A stretch of 64,000 nucleotides of DNA, taken from contig NC_027219.1 of the NCBI RefSeq assembly GCF_000981445.1, forward strand, positions 124,001-188,000. Reading direction: 5' to 3'. Under the pieces are notes generated by a model. That model had not been told where the DNA came from, made no database searches, and saw only the letters and a list, made by a program, of their open reading frames with translations. Source of the stretch: Babesia bigemina (Eukaryota). Shown in pieces: positions 36,536 through 46,459 of the stretch; position 1 is the stretch's first letter, and each line of letters begins with the position of its first letter. Made by a program: the position numbers and the translations under genes.

Positions 36536-36878
36536 GGGTGTGTAGACCTGTGATTGATGTCGCTAAGAACGACATCAAAATCGAAGTTTTGCTTCCGAAC
36601 ATACTAATACACTACACATACAGATTATTGCGTAGATGAAAGTATTAATACACACTGACATTAAGTATAAATCGGATTCAGAGTAAATCGAACCACATAC
36701 AAGTAATGCTCCGCCTAGACAGAGTCCGTTGGTAACACACATATATGCGTAAATTCTTCTAATAACTCATTGTGAAATAATTTAAACAAATCACGCAACA
36801 CATATTTACATCTGCGTTTAAATTATACCTGAAAACATATGACCGAACAAAATGAAGAATTCGACGTTAATTATATGC

Positions 36879-37061
36879 CGCTGTTGAGTATGCAATAGCA
36901 ATAGTGTGATTAACTTGTATGTGTGTGAAATTGAATGCCGCCGTCATCACGAGGAGCGCTCTGCCGAGAATGAGAGGTGTGATGGGTACGGTACGTCAGC
37001 GTGCATAAGTGGTTAACACCCGGCTTCTCCAACTACCTTTGGCTGAAGCATGCGTCAGTTC
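36879..37061. repeat. Duplicated 3' flank of 6-Cys paralog 2 (identical to 46277-46459)
   Basis: cgctgttgagtatgcaatagc...gcgtcagttc is repeated at offset 9398, contiguous with the shared C-terminal coding sequence. Confidence 0.95.
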
Positions 37062-39926
37062 TTATCTAGTGGCAATCCTAACGGTCGAAATGCGCATTCC
37101 AGTTTTGGTGATGCAGTGGCATTCGTAGGTTCCACCTCCCATTGCAAACTTCCACATCGCTGCGAATGACATTTTGCGTTTTTTGAAAAGTAAGAGATTC
37201 GGGCTCCTTGATACATTAACGTCCGACAGTATTCCCTTGTATATGGTGGCAGCCAAGTTATTTCTGAATACCGGTTGGCAGTCTGGCGGATCCGTCCTAT
37301 AGGGCAGAGGGCAGTAGAACCCTGCCACTTTCGCTGTTTTGAGATTTACAACGCAGCCAATTGCCTTGCCCGAGTCATCGGTCAGCGGTACCGTATCTGG
37401 CCTGAATAAGCCGTCAGATTCGCTCGGTATGCCACAGCCTTGGACGTATGGGTCGGTGGTGGGCACAACTACTTTTGCGATCTCCCATATCTCCATTGAC
37501 CGCTTTTCCTTTACAGGTGACTTTGCATCACGTGATGCTTCCACACCCCTTGCGCTTTCCTGCTCAACTGGTTGGGGTGGTGACATCGACCCACATACGT
37601 AGTGTAAGGTGATTTCACTATTATCGTCTTTCGAGATAACGACAGAGCCCAACGGATAGCGAATAGTGAGATCAGAGCGATCAATCAAATCACTTTCGTG
37701 GTCGACATTATAGCCAATGCTGAAACCACCTTTAGAAATCATGACCGTATTAAGGTCAGCAGTTGTGAGTGTATATTCATCACCTGTCTTAACCAAATTG
37801 ACAAACTCGTTGCTGTCGTTATAAGGAAACCAGGTGGCATAAGACTTCGATACATCCTCATCTTGGCGCAGCATTACGGTGTCAGTGTTTAACCGCACAC
37901 CTTCTAGCGTGTTATCGATAGATGACGAGAAGGGTCTCATATCATCCGGTAGTGGGAGCCTCTGTACATTTGTAAGCCCCTTGGGTGGAGTGCACAAAAG
38001 GCCGTTGAGTGTACCTGCTGATACTCGCAATACTTTCTTCTCATTATAAACGTCCGACACAGGTATCACAATTTTATCGTGCCTGAGCATACCGTCCACG
38101 TCATAAGACATGATGCGTGGAACCATGATCATTGATTTCATATTCGGTGACCGTCCCTTCATGGTGTATTTCTGCGGGATCTGATTTAAGGTAGTCCTGG
38201 AAGTTTCTACTCCATATTCATTGATACAGCTGCAGTGCACACTGAAAGCGTCAGTGAAGGATTCGTCGACTTTGAAGTCACGTACATTCCTACCATTAGT
38301 GTCTATCTGAGTCCTTACTTCACGCGGAAGAGGAATCAGAGCGGTCCTGTTGGCATTGAAGGCCATTACAGTACAATTAATAGGGACCATGTGTTCGTCG
38401 GCATTACACTCGAGACGTGCTGTATCGGCCATGTCAGTGAAATACTGGCTTACTCTCGCCGGATTATTCAACGCGTCTGCTGCTGCATCCCCAGCGTAGC
38501 TTTCATTCGGTGACCCATAAGCAATTGTAACCTTGATTGTGGATGTCACACTCGTGTGGTCGCTACCACCCTTGTGCAGACACCGGAAATAGAAGGACGC
38601 CGGATCTCTGTCAGCGGGCTCTGCCTCCGACACCTTATGCTGTATGTACACCACTCCGTCGGAGAGCAAAGCGCTATCGACTTCAACAACCTTAGGGTCC
38701 ACGACAGAAATGAGTGGTACTGTGCCGTATACAAGCGTGTTCTCACCTGCCGTGCGAGTCAGCGCCTCTACGTCTGGTTTCGCCGGCATGAAGGTGGAGA
38801 TGGGTCCGCTGACATTGTCGCCCCCTAGCAGAGCCTCTCTAACTTCGGAGGATAGTTCGTTCGCAGTAACCGGGAAGAGGATTTCTAGAGAACTGCCAGG
38901 GTAGAGCACAACGTCGCACCAGTCGCCGGCAATGGGCCTCGACAGGTGTTGCGTCAGCTTCGCGCTGAGGTCGCAGACGTGCCGCTCCTTGCTCGTGATT
39001 TCGATGACCGCAGTTACTGTGTTTGTCGCCTTGTCGATGCATCGGCAGCGCCCAGAGAAGGGCGACGTAATGCTGGAACGGTCGTAACGCATCGCAAGCA
39101 TAGTGCCGCCTTCATATCCGCTGGAGCTCACGTCCACCTTGAACGGCATCCTACTCAACATATCATTGTTGCCATAGTACAGCGAGAATGGGCAGTTGGC
39201 GGGTTCTATCCTGCCTTTGCAGTAGAAGCCCACGTCGGGGGTCTCCATCACGTCCACGACGCACGATGTCCCAGTCGACACCTTACCCCACCCATCCAGC
39301 AGGAATGGCGCGCTCATGCTTCCACATCCCGTGTACGCACGTGGAACGCTGCTCAGTGACACGCGCACTATACCCAACATTGGCGAACCCTTCTTACTGT
39401 ACTTGCATCTACTTCTCTCTTCTTCATTCAGCGACGCAGATGACAAGCACGCGCCAAGACCCTTGTGCACACCGTCTGCATTATCAGCTGGCGCACAGTG
39501 CACATCGAAGCTCTCCACGTCATAACGTACAATGCCTGAGCTTAGGCCCTGGTTGAGTAACATCCTCGTCATCCCGAATTGCTGTCTCAGCTTAGGCTGG
39601 TTATCGGCTGACTCAAATCGCACCACATCGTTTATGTTCACTTTCTGGTATACTCCGTCTATGGTCGCGTAGACGTAAATATCTCCACTCGGAATCTTAT
39701 CCCTGGTATTTGGAAGTATGTCGTAGAAGTATCCGGCCTTGCGCCTAGGACATATAATCTCGAGCGCCTTATTTTTGGATAGGACTGCTCTATTGATGAA
39801 TACGTTCTCATCATCCGGAATACCATATTTCATAAAATCCAATATCTTTGTCTTAGCTTTAATATTTTGTTCTGCATTAGCTCCCACAATATAATGGACC
39901 ACGACGAGAAAAAATTTCCACATCAT
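37062..39926 (-). CDS. 6-Cys (s48/45-domain) protein, paralog 2
   Basis: Same architecture as paralog 1. Signal peptide MMWKFFLVVVHYIVGANA. Near-identical core at offset 7740. Confidence 0.85.
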   Translation of the reverse strand: MMWKFFLVVVHYIVGANAEQNIKAKTKILDFMKYGIPDDENVFINRAVLSKNKALEIICPRRKAGYFYDILPNTRDKIPSGDIYVYATIDGVYQKVNINDVVRFESADNQPKLRQQFGMTRMLLNQGLSSGIVRYDVESFDVHCAPADNADGVHKGLGACLSSASLNEEERSRCKYSKKGSPMLGIVRVSLSSVPRAYTGCGSMSAPFLLDGWGKVSTGTSCVVDVMETPDVGFYCKGRIEPANCPFSLYYGNNDMLSRMPFKVDVSSSGYEGGTMLAMRYDRSSITSPFSGRCRCIDKATNTVTAVIEITSKERHVCDLSAKLTQHLSRPIAGDWCDVVLYPGSSLEILFPVTANELSSEVREALLGGDNVSGPISTFMPAKPDVEALTRTAGENTLVYGTVPLISVVDPKVVEVDSALLSDGVVYIQHKVSEAEPADRDPASFYFRCLHKGGSDHTSVTSTIKVTIAYGSPNESYAGDAAADALNNPARVSQYFTDMADTARLECNADEHMVPINCTVMAFNANRTALIPLPREVRTQIDTNGRNVRDFKVDESFTDAFSVHCSCINEYGVETSRTTLNQIPQKYTMKGRSPNMKSMIMVPRIMSYDVDGMLRHDKIVIPVSDVYNEKKVLRVSAGTLNGLLCTPPKGLTNVQRLPLPDDMRPFSSSIDNTLEGVRLNTDTVMLRQDEDVSKSYATWFPYNDSNEFVNLVKTGDEYTLTTADLNTVMISKGGFSIGYNVDHESDLIDRSDLTIRYPLGSVVISKDDNSEITLHYVCGSMSPPQPVEQESARGVEASRDAKSPVKEKRSMEIWEIAKVVVPTTDPYVQGCGIPSESDGLFRPDTVPLTDDSGKAIGCVVNLKTAKVAGFYCPLPYRTDPPDCQPVFRNNLAATIYKGILSDVNVSRSPNLLLFKKRKMSFAAMWKFAMGGGTYECHCITKTGMRISTVRIATR

Positions 39927-40270
39927 CCTAGAATCAATGATGTCGAATATCATCTCGATTCTCAATTTTGTGGGCAGATTTAGTTTGTTCCTGACGAGTT
40001 GCAGTACAACGAAAAAAAATATTTTCGTTGTTGCGAAAATAATTTATACATCAGTGATCGCTGGGAAAATGAAACATATTTGTAAATAGCAGTCTAGAAT
40101 CTTTGTGTAACCACATTGATTTTATAGCAATGAAATCAAGAATCGAACGCAAGAAAATTGTATTGCTTTTCTTACAAACCAAACGTTGCTCAACAGCGTT
40201 GGAATATTGGCAAGCATTTAAAATAACATTAGATAGCAGACTGATATGTACACCTCGATGCACACCAGTG

Positions 40271-40663
40271 TATCTCACAGACGCGGTTCAGGGAGTGAAA
40301 TTTCATGGGCCTTGCGAAGCGTTGATTTGTTTCAAACAGCGAAGAAATTCAAAGGAGGCGACCTATGTTTGACCGTGTAACATAAACAAAGGCGCATTAA
40401 AAGCTAGTAAATCCACGAACGTAGCGGCAGTTGGCAGTGTTGCAACTCACGCCATAGGCCTAATTGACGTCTGCAAAACTTTTCATGCAATCTCCAGGCC
40501 CATCGATGAGTTAGGCAGATTCGTCACGTCGCCACGCCTTTTGGAATCACGCATATTCTTCAAACGTTGGAATCACGGCACACTACAACTTACACATACC
40601 TTCTTCTTAATGACAACGGCCCAATTAGGACGCGCCGCAGCAACAGCGAACGCAGTTGCGCGT
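40271..40663. repeat. 393-bp direct repeat, copy B (upstream of 6-Cys paralog 2, just past the uL2m stop)
   Basis: Identical to 32548-32940. Confidence 0.95.
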
Positions 40664-40688
40664 CCAGAGTTTATTATTGAAACGAAGT

Positions 40689-41972
40689 CTACGTATTTTT
40701 TGATATACCGTATTTTTTCATAAGCCGACCGCAAAGCTTACGTTTCATAATCAAACCAAGTGGTTTCTCTTTGCTTCTCGTTCTAAATCCTGAACGACAT
40801 ATTCCCCATATGGAGCATCTCGGTCGTTTAGTGCCACTTTTGCTTGTTCCTCCACCATGCGGATGTGCATTAGGATTCATTGCTATACCCCTTACTGACG
40901 GCCTCCATCCTAAATTTCTGAAAATATGGAAAGATTTCGCCACAATTATCTTACCTTCTGGTACCAGCCTTTTTGAGCACCCGCTTAGCATGCTCAATGT
41001 TGGAGACCTGCCCCAGGGTTGCCCAACAGTCTAGTGGAAATCTACGAAGCTCCGTGGAAGCCATCCTTATTGTAGCAAAGGTATCATCTTTCCTGTACGC
41101 CGATATAAAATCCGAACGAACGTACCAATTGTAGGTTGGTGAGCAAGGAAATGAAACTTCCACAATTACCAGTTTGCATTCGCGTAACATTCAGTCAATA
41201 TGCAATATTTCATACGTAATCTGAGCCACTTACTCAACTACCGTGACATACGTGCCTCCTGCCCTTGCGATTTGACCTCCCGCGCCAGGCCTCAGCTCCA
41301 CATTGTGGACGATCGATTTAACCTGATCGCATTGTCGCTGTTATGATGTTGACTCACCGGGATATTGCGCAGTGGCATACAGTTACCGGGTTCGATGGGA
41401 GCTGATGCGCTAGCCACCAGAATAGTCCCCGGCCTCACGCCGGCGGGGCAGAGGATGTAACTCAGCACGCCATCGACATACTGAAGCAATGCGACGTGCG
41501 CACTACGAGTAGGGTCGTACTCTATCCTGAGGACAGTCGCTGGAACGTCCTTGCGTTGTCTTTTGAAATCAATAAGCCTGAGTCGTTGGACGTGACCTCC
41601 ACCTCGGTGGCGAGTTGTTATGCGTCCCGTGTCATTCCGTCCGCCGAACTTAACTCGGCGGACCGACAACTGCTCAACCACACGGCATTTCGCCAGCGGC
41701 TGATGAGAACCTACTGCCTTCAAAATTCGGCTGTTGGCATCCTACGAATGGCAATTTTCAAAAATCCGTCGACAACAAGTACCTGTGTCAGAGGTGTCGG
41801 CAGAAGTGGCTTCTGAATAGCGACACGCGATCGACCCGCATCGAAGTCTATTGCGATAGGTATGTTACGCTTGCAGTTGCCATATGCCGCTGCATGTTGT
41901 GTCTCGTTTAATACACATCTCACTGGAAAAGAGTCGTTTAGAGAAATCGTTGATATGCAACCAGCACCGCAT
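40689..41972 (-). CDS. rpl2: Bacterial-type ribosomal protein L2, nuclear-encoded, probably mitochondrial uL2m (multi-exon)
   Basis: [47 protein letters not shown] and [18 protein letters not shown]. The 5' exon boundaries are approximate. Confidence 0.9.
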
Positions 41973-42160
41973 TATTTCAAGCGCTTGTTACCACCTGAAT
42001 TAATGTGTCAATCACTATTACGGTTGTAAGTGTCAACCTGTAGACAAATACAGTAGAACGTCGCACATATATCTCTCGTGCTCCAGCAAGCCGATACTCC
42101 TTTATGTGGCTGCGTGTGACCACGACCACGAAAGATGATTCGCAATTATTAAATATATCA

Positions 42161-43880
42161 ATGTCTAAGACTAAACGAAGCAGGAAGGACGCGAACCGCG
42201 GCGCTCACCCAGGGGATGCCTCCAACAACCTTTTTGATACCGTTCGCCGCTCAGCTCCTGCTGTAAGAACTTGTACATATCGCATAAGCATTTTTTAGGT
42301 GTCAGTTCGTGCGCCTAAATCGCGCCGAACCAAGTTCCGAAGTAAAATTGCAGCCGAAAGCGCAATTCCGCAGCCGTCACATAGGAAGGCGCTGAAATTA
42401 GATTTGTTTAACCTCAACAAACCTCTCAACCTGACCCACAAGAATGAACCAATCGAAAATCACTATGAAGGCGACGTATCCGATAGTTCTGAGGATGATT
42501 TCCACTATAATGGCGACATGGGCGGGCTGTCTAAAGCCTTGGAGGAGCACAAGCTCCGTAAGGCCCTTGAAAGACAGGAGAAGGACGCACAGCGCGACCT
42601 GTTATCGCAGTTGGATCTAGAATACAAGAATCTAAATCTCGAGAAGTACGTGAAACAGCGTAGGGGGTGAGTTTTCGGCGCATGAGTTAAACATCTGTGC
42701 AGCATGCCACAAATGCCAGCATTACAGGAAAAAGTAGCAGTGCCGACGAAAGGTGATCAATTTGATGCCAATTTACGCCAGTTGATGCTGGCTCCGCAGC
42801 AGTCTAAGGATGGTGGCGATTTATTGGGCCGACTATTTGAGGCCAAGGATGCTAACGCCATGTGCGAACTGAGCAAGGAATTTGTGAGGCTTGGTAACGT
42901 ATCGCATCATACGGCGGAAAAGTGCATAGTTGCTGTTGCACGGGCATTGAGCGAACTTCTAGCATCACCGTCTGGACATTTAGAGTTCTGCGAATGCTTC
43001 GATACTCTGGCCGAATTTTTGCACTATTTGTCTCAACTCAACCCAAAGGAGTATCACGCGTACTTCTCAACCTTTTTAAAAGGTGTATATGTGTCATTCG
43101 AGAAGGAGGTAGAGCTCTCCTTGGAAGTTTTGATCGTGCTGTATTTCATCATAAAGCTAGCAAAGGTGGGGTCGGCGATGTATAGAGCAGTGCTGCTAGT
43201 TCTCGAAAGGGTTGCTGATGAATGTAACGTGAAAGATGACCCGCACGAACGCGTGCGCCTTTTGATTGCGATGGCATACTCAACGGCACTGGACAGCGGT
43301 CTGTATATGCCCTTCTTCTTCAGTCTTACCATGAGGGCATGCGTCGCGTGGAGTTCATCCAGACCACATCTGGTGGACCCGATGCTCGATATGGTAAGAG
43401 TGGTCCTCAAGCTCCTCCACTCCAAGGATTGTCATGTCTATCCTATCTGCTTACACTTCATATCACCCAATATCACAGAGCTCAAGATTCAATCGCCCAA
43501 ACTTGAGCGTTTAAAAGCATTGGTAAAAGACTACTCCAACGTCGAATTGCTGCCGTACGTGCTCGACACGTACAAGCGACCTGTAAGTTAGGGCCAGCGA
43601 CGCGCGTCTAATCTCGATTCAGAAAATTGAGCTTGAAGTGCCAAAATATGGCGCTGTATCCGATCCTTATGCTGGTCGAGACTCGGGTGTGAAGCGCGAA
43701 AAGGCGTTGTACAGGTCTTTGAAGAAGGGCTTTGTACAGGCACACAACGCGGAGGCGAAGCTCCGGAGTCTGGAATTGAGGAAACGACGAGCGCAATCCC
43801 GCGAAAAGTACAGGAATGTCGTTCGCGATGCGATGATTGAGCAGGACGAGTTGCGCAAGGAATTCACCAAACCGACCTGA
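42161..43880 (+). CDS. NOP14: Nucleolar protein NOP14-like (compact, multi-exon)
   Basis: N-terminal NNLFD, LTHKNEPIE, KYVKQ, DQFDANLRQL and a C-terminal basic coiled coil (KREKALYRSLKKGF) follow the Nop14 motif order. Confidence 0.65.
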
Positions 43881-43900
43881 TAACCTCTTTCACTGCCATA

Positions 43901-44471
43901 ATGCTGCGACTCTATCGCCTATTTTCCGGGGTTGCGAATTTGCATAGGTTCAACGAAGCGGCGCTGAATCAGTTGCAGGTATGATTCTTATTAGTACCGT
44001 TATTCCTTCCGCCGCAAACGGCGCCGGCATTGCATATATGCGGACGTCGACGACGGTAACCATGTCGTGTCGTTATGCCAAGGCGATATATGAATGCATA
44101 TACTTGCAATGAATGTTACGTTGACGTGCGATCCAACATACATACTGAGTTATGGCGGATGCGTATAGTATCGTTTCATTGATTAACAGGCATTACACGA
44201 CACTCTCGAAACTGTAGATGACATCAGTTCCATCTCGTTTGACGGAACGGTGTTAACCGCTGAAATTGACCCAAAGCAGTACATCGTATTAAACAAACAC
44301 GAGGCGTCTCAGCAAATATGGTACAGTTCATTTAACGGCGTCGACTATTTCGATATTGAAGACGGCAAATGGTTATCACGTCGCACGGGCCGTCATCTGG
44401 ACGCTGTTTTGAAGTACGATGTGCAGCAAGCAACTGGAAAGGCAGTTGATTTCGCTAATGCCGAGGATTAA
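43901..44471 (+). CDS. FXN: Frataxin/CyaY (2 exons; intron 43979-44189)
   Basis: Exon 1 MLRLYRLFSGVANLHRF is presequence-like and splices in frame to DGTVLTAEI..YIVLNKHEASQQIWYSS..G..YFD....W..RRTG..L, the frataxin signature. Confidence 0.88.
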
Positions 44472-45393
44472 ATAGGCAGGCAAATTAGGTCTTTGGTACA
44501 GGCGATCTCTGCCTCGGCGTCGAGCCTTGCAATTGCGTTGTCAAGAACAGATTCTACAGTCACGTGTCTAAGTGGCAGCATACGGTTAACTAACCTACGT
44601 ATCGCTCCGATAAACACGCCATAATGTCGCTTCGTTTCGCCAGAGTGTCTGGGCGCGCCTTCAGGTACTGCAGTATCAACCGCTCCACCGGCTCAGTGAT
44701 GTGGTCGTAGAGCTCTCCGAGAGCCACCGATTCTATGTCTGCGATACTAACCCTGCCGGTGCTCTGACCGGGGAGCTCCGATATTTTGCCGGTATGCTTG
44801 TTTTGCAGTTTAAGCTTCGATCCTAGGTCGAGATTGAAAGCCGTGTAGGCCACCAGCACGTTGTGGTGCATAAGCAGGTCCGGGTAGTGATCGATATCGT
44901 TCCCAATTAACATCACGTTTTGTGCATCCACATAGAAGTTATCGGATGCAAGTAATACCAGCGAACCAACCACCTGCACATAGTCACCCTGCTGCACCGC
45001 GAATCCCTCGTCGGTGTAATTAACCGCAATCGACCCTGTCTCGTCCGTTAGTTGGAAGTACACCGCAGATGTCAGCTTCTCCAAATCCTGGATTTGTCCA
45101 ACGATGCATATGGCACCAATGGCCTGATTGTAAAGTGAAAATTTTTGGTTGCCTTCGCTAAGGTTTGCCAATATCTGCGATATCTTGACCGGCATTATTG
45201 ATTCTACAGCCCCCGAATCCTGCTTCAGCTTCTTTTGAAGTGTGCTTGGCTGGAAATTGGTTATTTCAGGAGGGGTGTAGTCAGCGAAACTGTCGGTTCT
45301 CTGTAAAACCTTCGGTCGATTGTCGACCTCTTCCTCACCACCTCCGCCGGAGGCAAAAATGCCTCCGAGCACACCAAAGCCGAAATTGTCCAT
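44468..45393 (-). CDS. RPA2: Replication protein A 32-kDa subunit (RPA2)
   Basis: OB-fold IMPVKISQI..ICIVGQI..YFQLTDETGSI..GDYVQVVGSL. The last exon VESVLDNAIARLDAEAEIACT completes the winged helix, with a stop at 44470-44468. Confidence 0.82.
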
Positions 45394-45493
45394 TTAATTC
45401 AATTTTTGAGGTGTATGTGTTGCTGCTGTGCCATACGTATGTCTCCCACACTGGAATCCGCCTCACTTGCAACGATATACCGCACAGCATATA

Positions 45494-46228
45494 ATGCGTT
45501 TTTGCAGCACGAGTATGTTTGGATGTTTTTTGAATCTGTCTATCCTTCTGGTTGCCTGTCCTATCTCTTACTCAAGGAAGGTTTGGCCTTCCGGCGGATA
45601 CACACTCGCGACTCTAGGAAACAACGGTGTGCATGAGCATACCTTCCGGAGACGTTGGACTTTGTCGAGCAATATTCAAACTGACGTTGAAGCCAAATTG
45701 CGGCTTGAACTTGTCAGACTCGCCGCTCAACTGCCAAACAGTTCAAACCTCCCCCTACATAATGCTGCCTTTTTGCAAAAGGAGGCAACACGTATAAGAG
45801 AATTAATTGTACCGGATTCTTACCAGGTATATCTCAACAAGTACTATGCTGTGAAACGAATCCAACACCGCGGATTTCTTGGAGATTTTATTGCATTTGT
45901 ATTTGGTGTTGAAGAAGTTATTACATTTTCTGCTTGGCAGTACAGACCAAATATATTGTACAAGGGAGGCAACCTAACATTGGAGATCCACTACAAAATA
46001 CCAATCAGGGAGAAAGGCATCAAAGATTTGTTTTTCGAACCCATCGTAGTGTATACGTGTGATGTAACCCCGGGAAAATACGTAGAAGGTGCTGCCGTTT
46101 TCAAACCGGGATCCGTAGAAATATTGACACACCCGTTTATACCGTGGAAACGAATATCTGCTGGAACTGTAGAAATCAGTGCGCCACGTCAGCCAACGAT
46201 ATTTTCGCCACACATGACTTCATTCTAA
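45494..46228 (+). CDS. Hypothetical protein with a predicted signal peptide
   Basis: Open ORF with an N-terminal hydrophobic stretch (MFGCFLNLSILLVACPISYS) followed by a basic segment that could be an apicoplast leader. No family recognised. Confidence 0.6.
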   Translation: MRFCSTSMFGCFLNLSILLVACPISYSRKVWPSGGYTLATLGNNGVHEHTFRRRWTLSSNIQTDVEAKLRLELVRLAAQLPNSSNLPLHNAAFLQKEATRIRELIVPDSYQVYLNKYYAVKRIQHRGFLGDFIAFVFGVEEVITFSAWQYRPNILYKGGNLTLEIHYKIPIREKGIKDLFFEPIVVYTCDVTPGKYVEGAAVFKPGSVEILTHPFIPWKRISAGTVEISAPRQPTIFSPHMTSF

Positions 46229-46276
46229 AAGTGTTGCAGCAATCTACTATATATACCTTATGTATGACACTTGTGT

Positions 46277-46459
46277 CGCTGTTGAGTATGCAATAGCAAT
46301 AGTGTGATTAACTTGTATGTGTGTGAAATTGAATGCCGCCGTCATCACGAGGAGCGCTCTGCCGAGAATGAGAGGTGTGATGGGTACGGTACGTCAGCGT
46401 GCATAAGTGGTTAACACCCGGCTTCTCCAACTACCTTTGGCTGAAGCATGCGTCAGTTC
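46277..46459. repeat. Duplicated 3' flank of 6-Cys paralog 3 (identical to 36879-37061)
   Basis: Direct sequence comparison. Confidence 0.95.
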
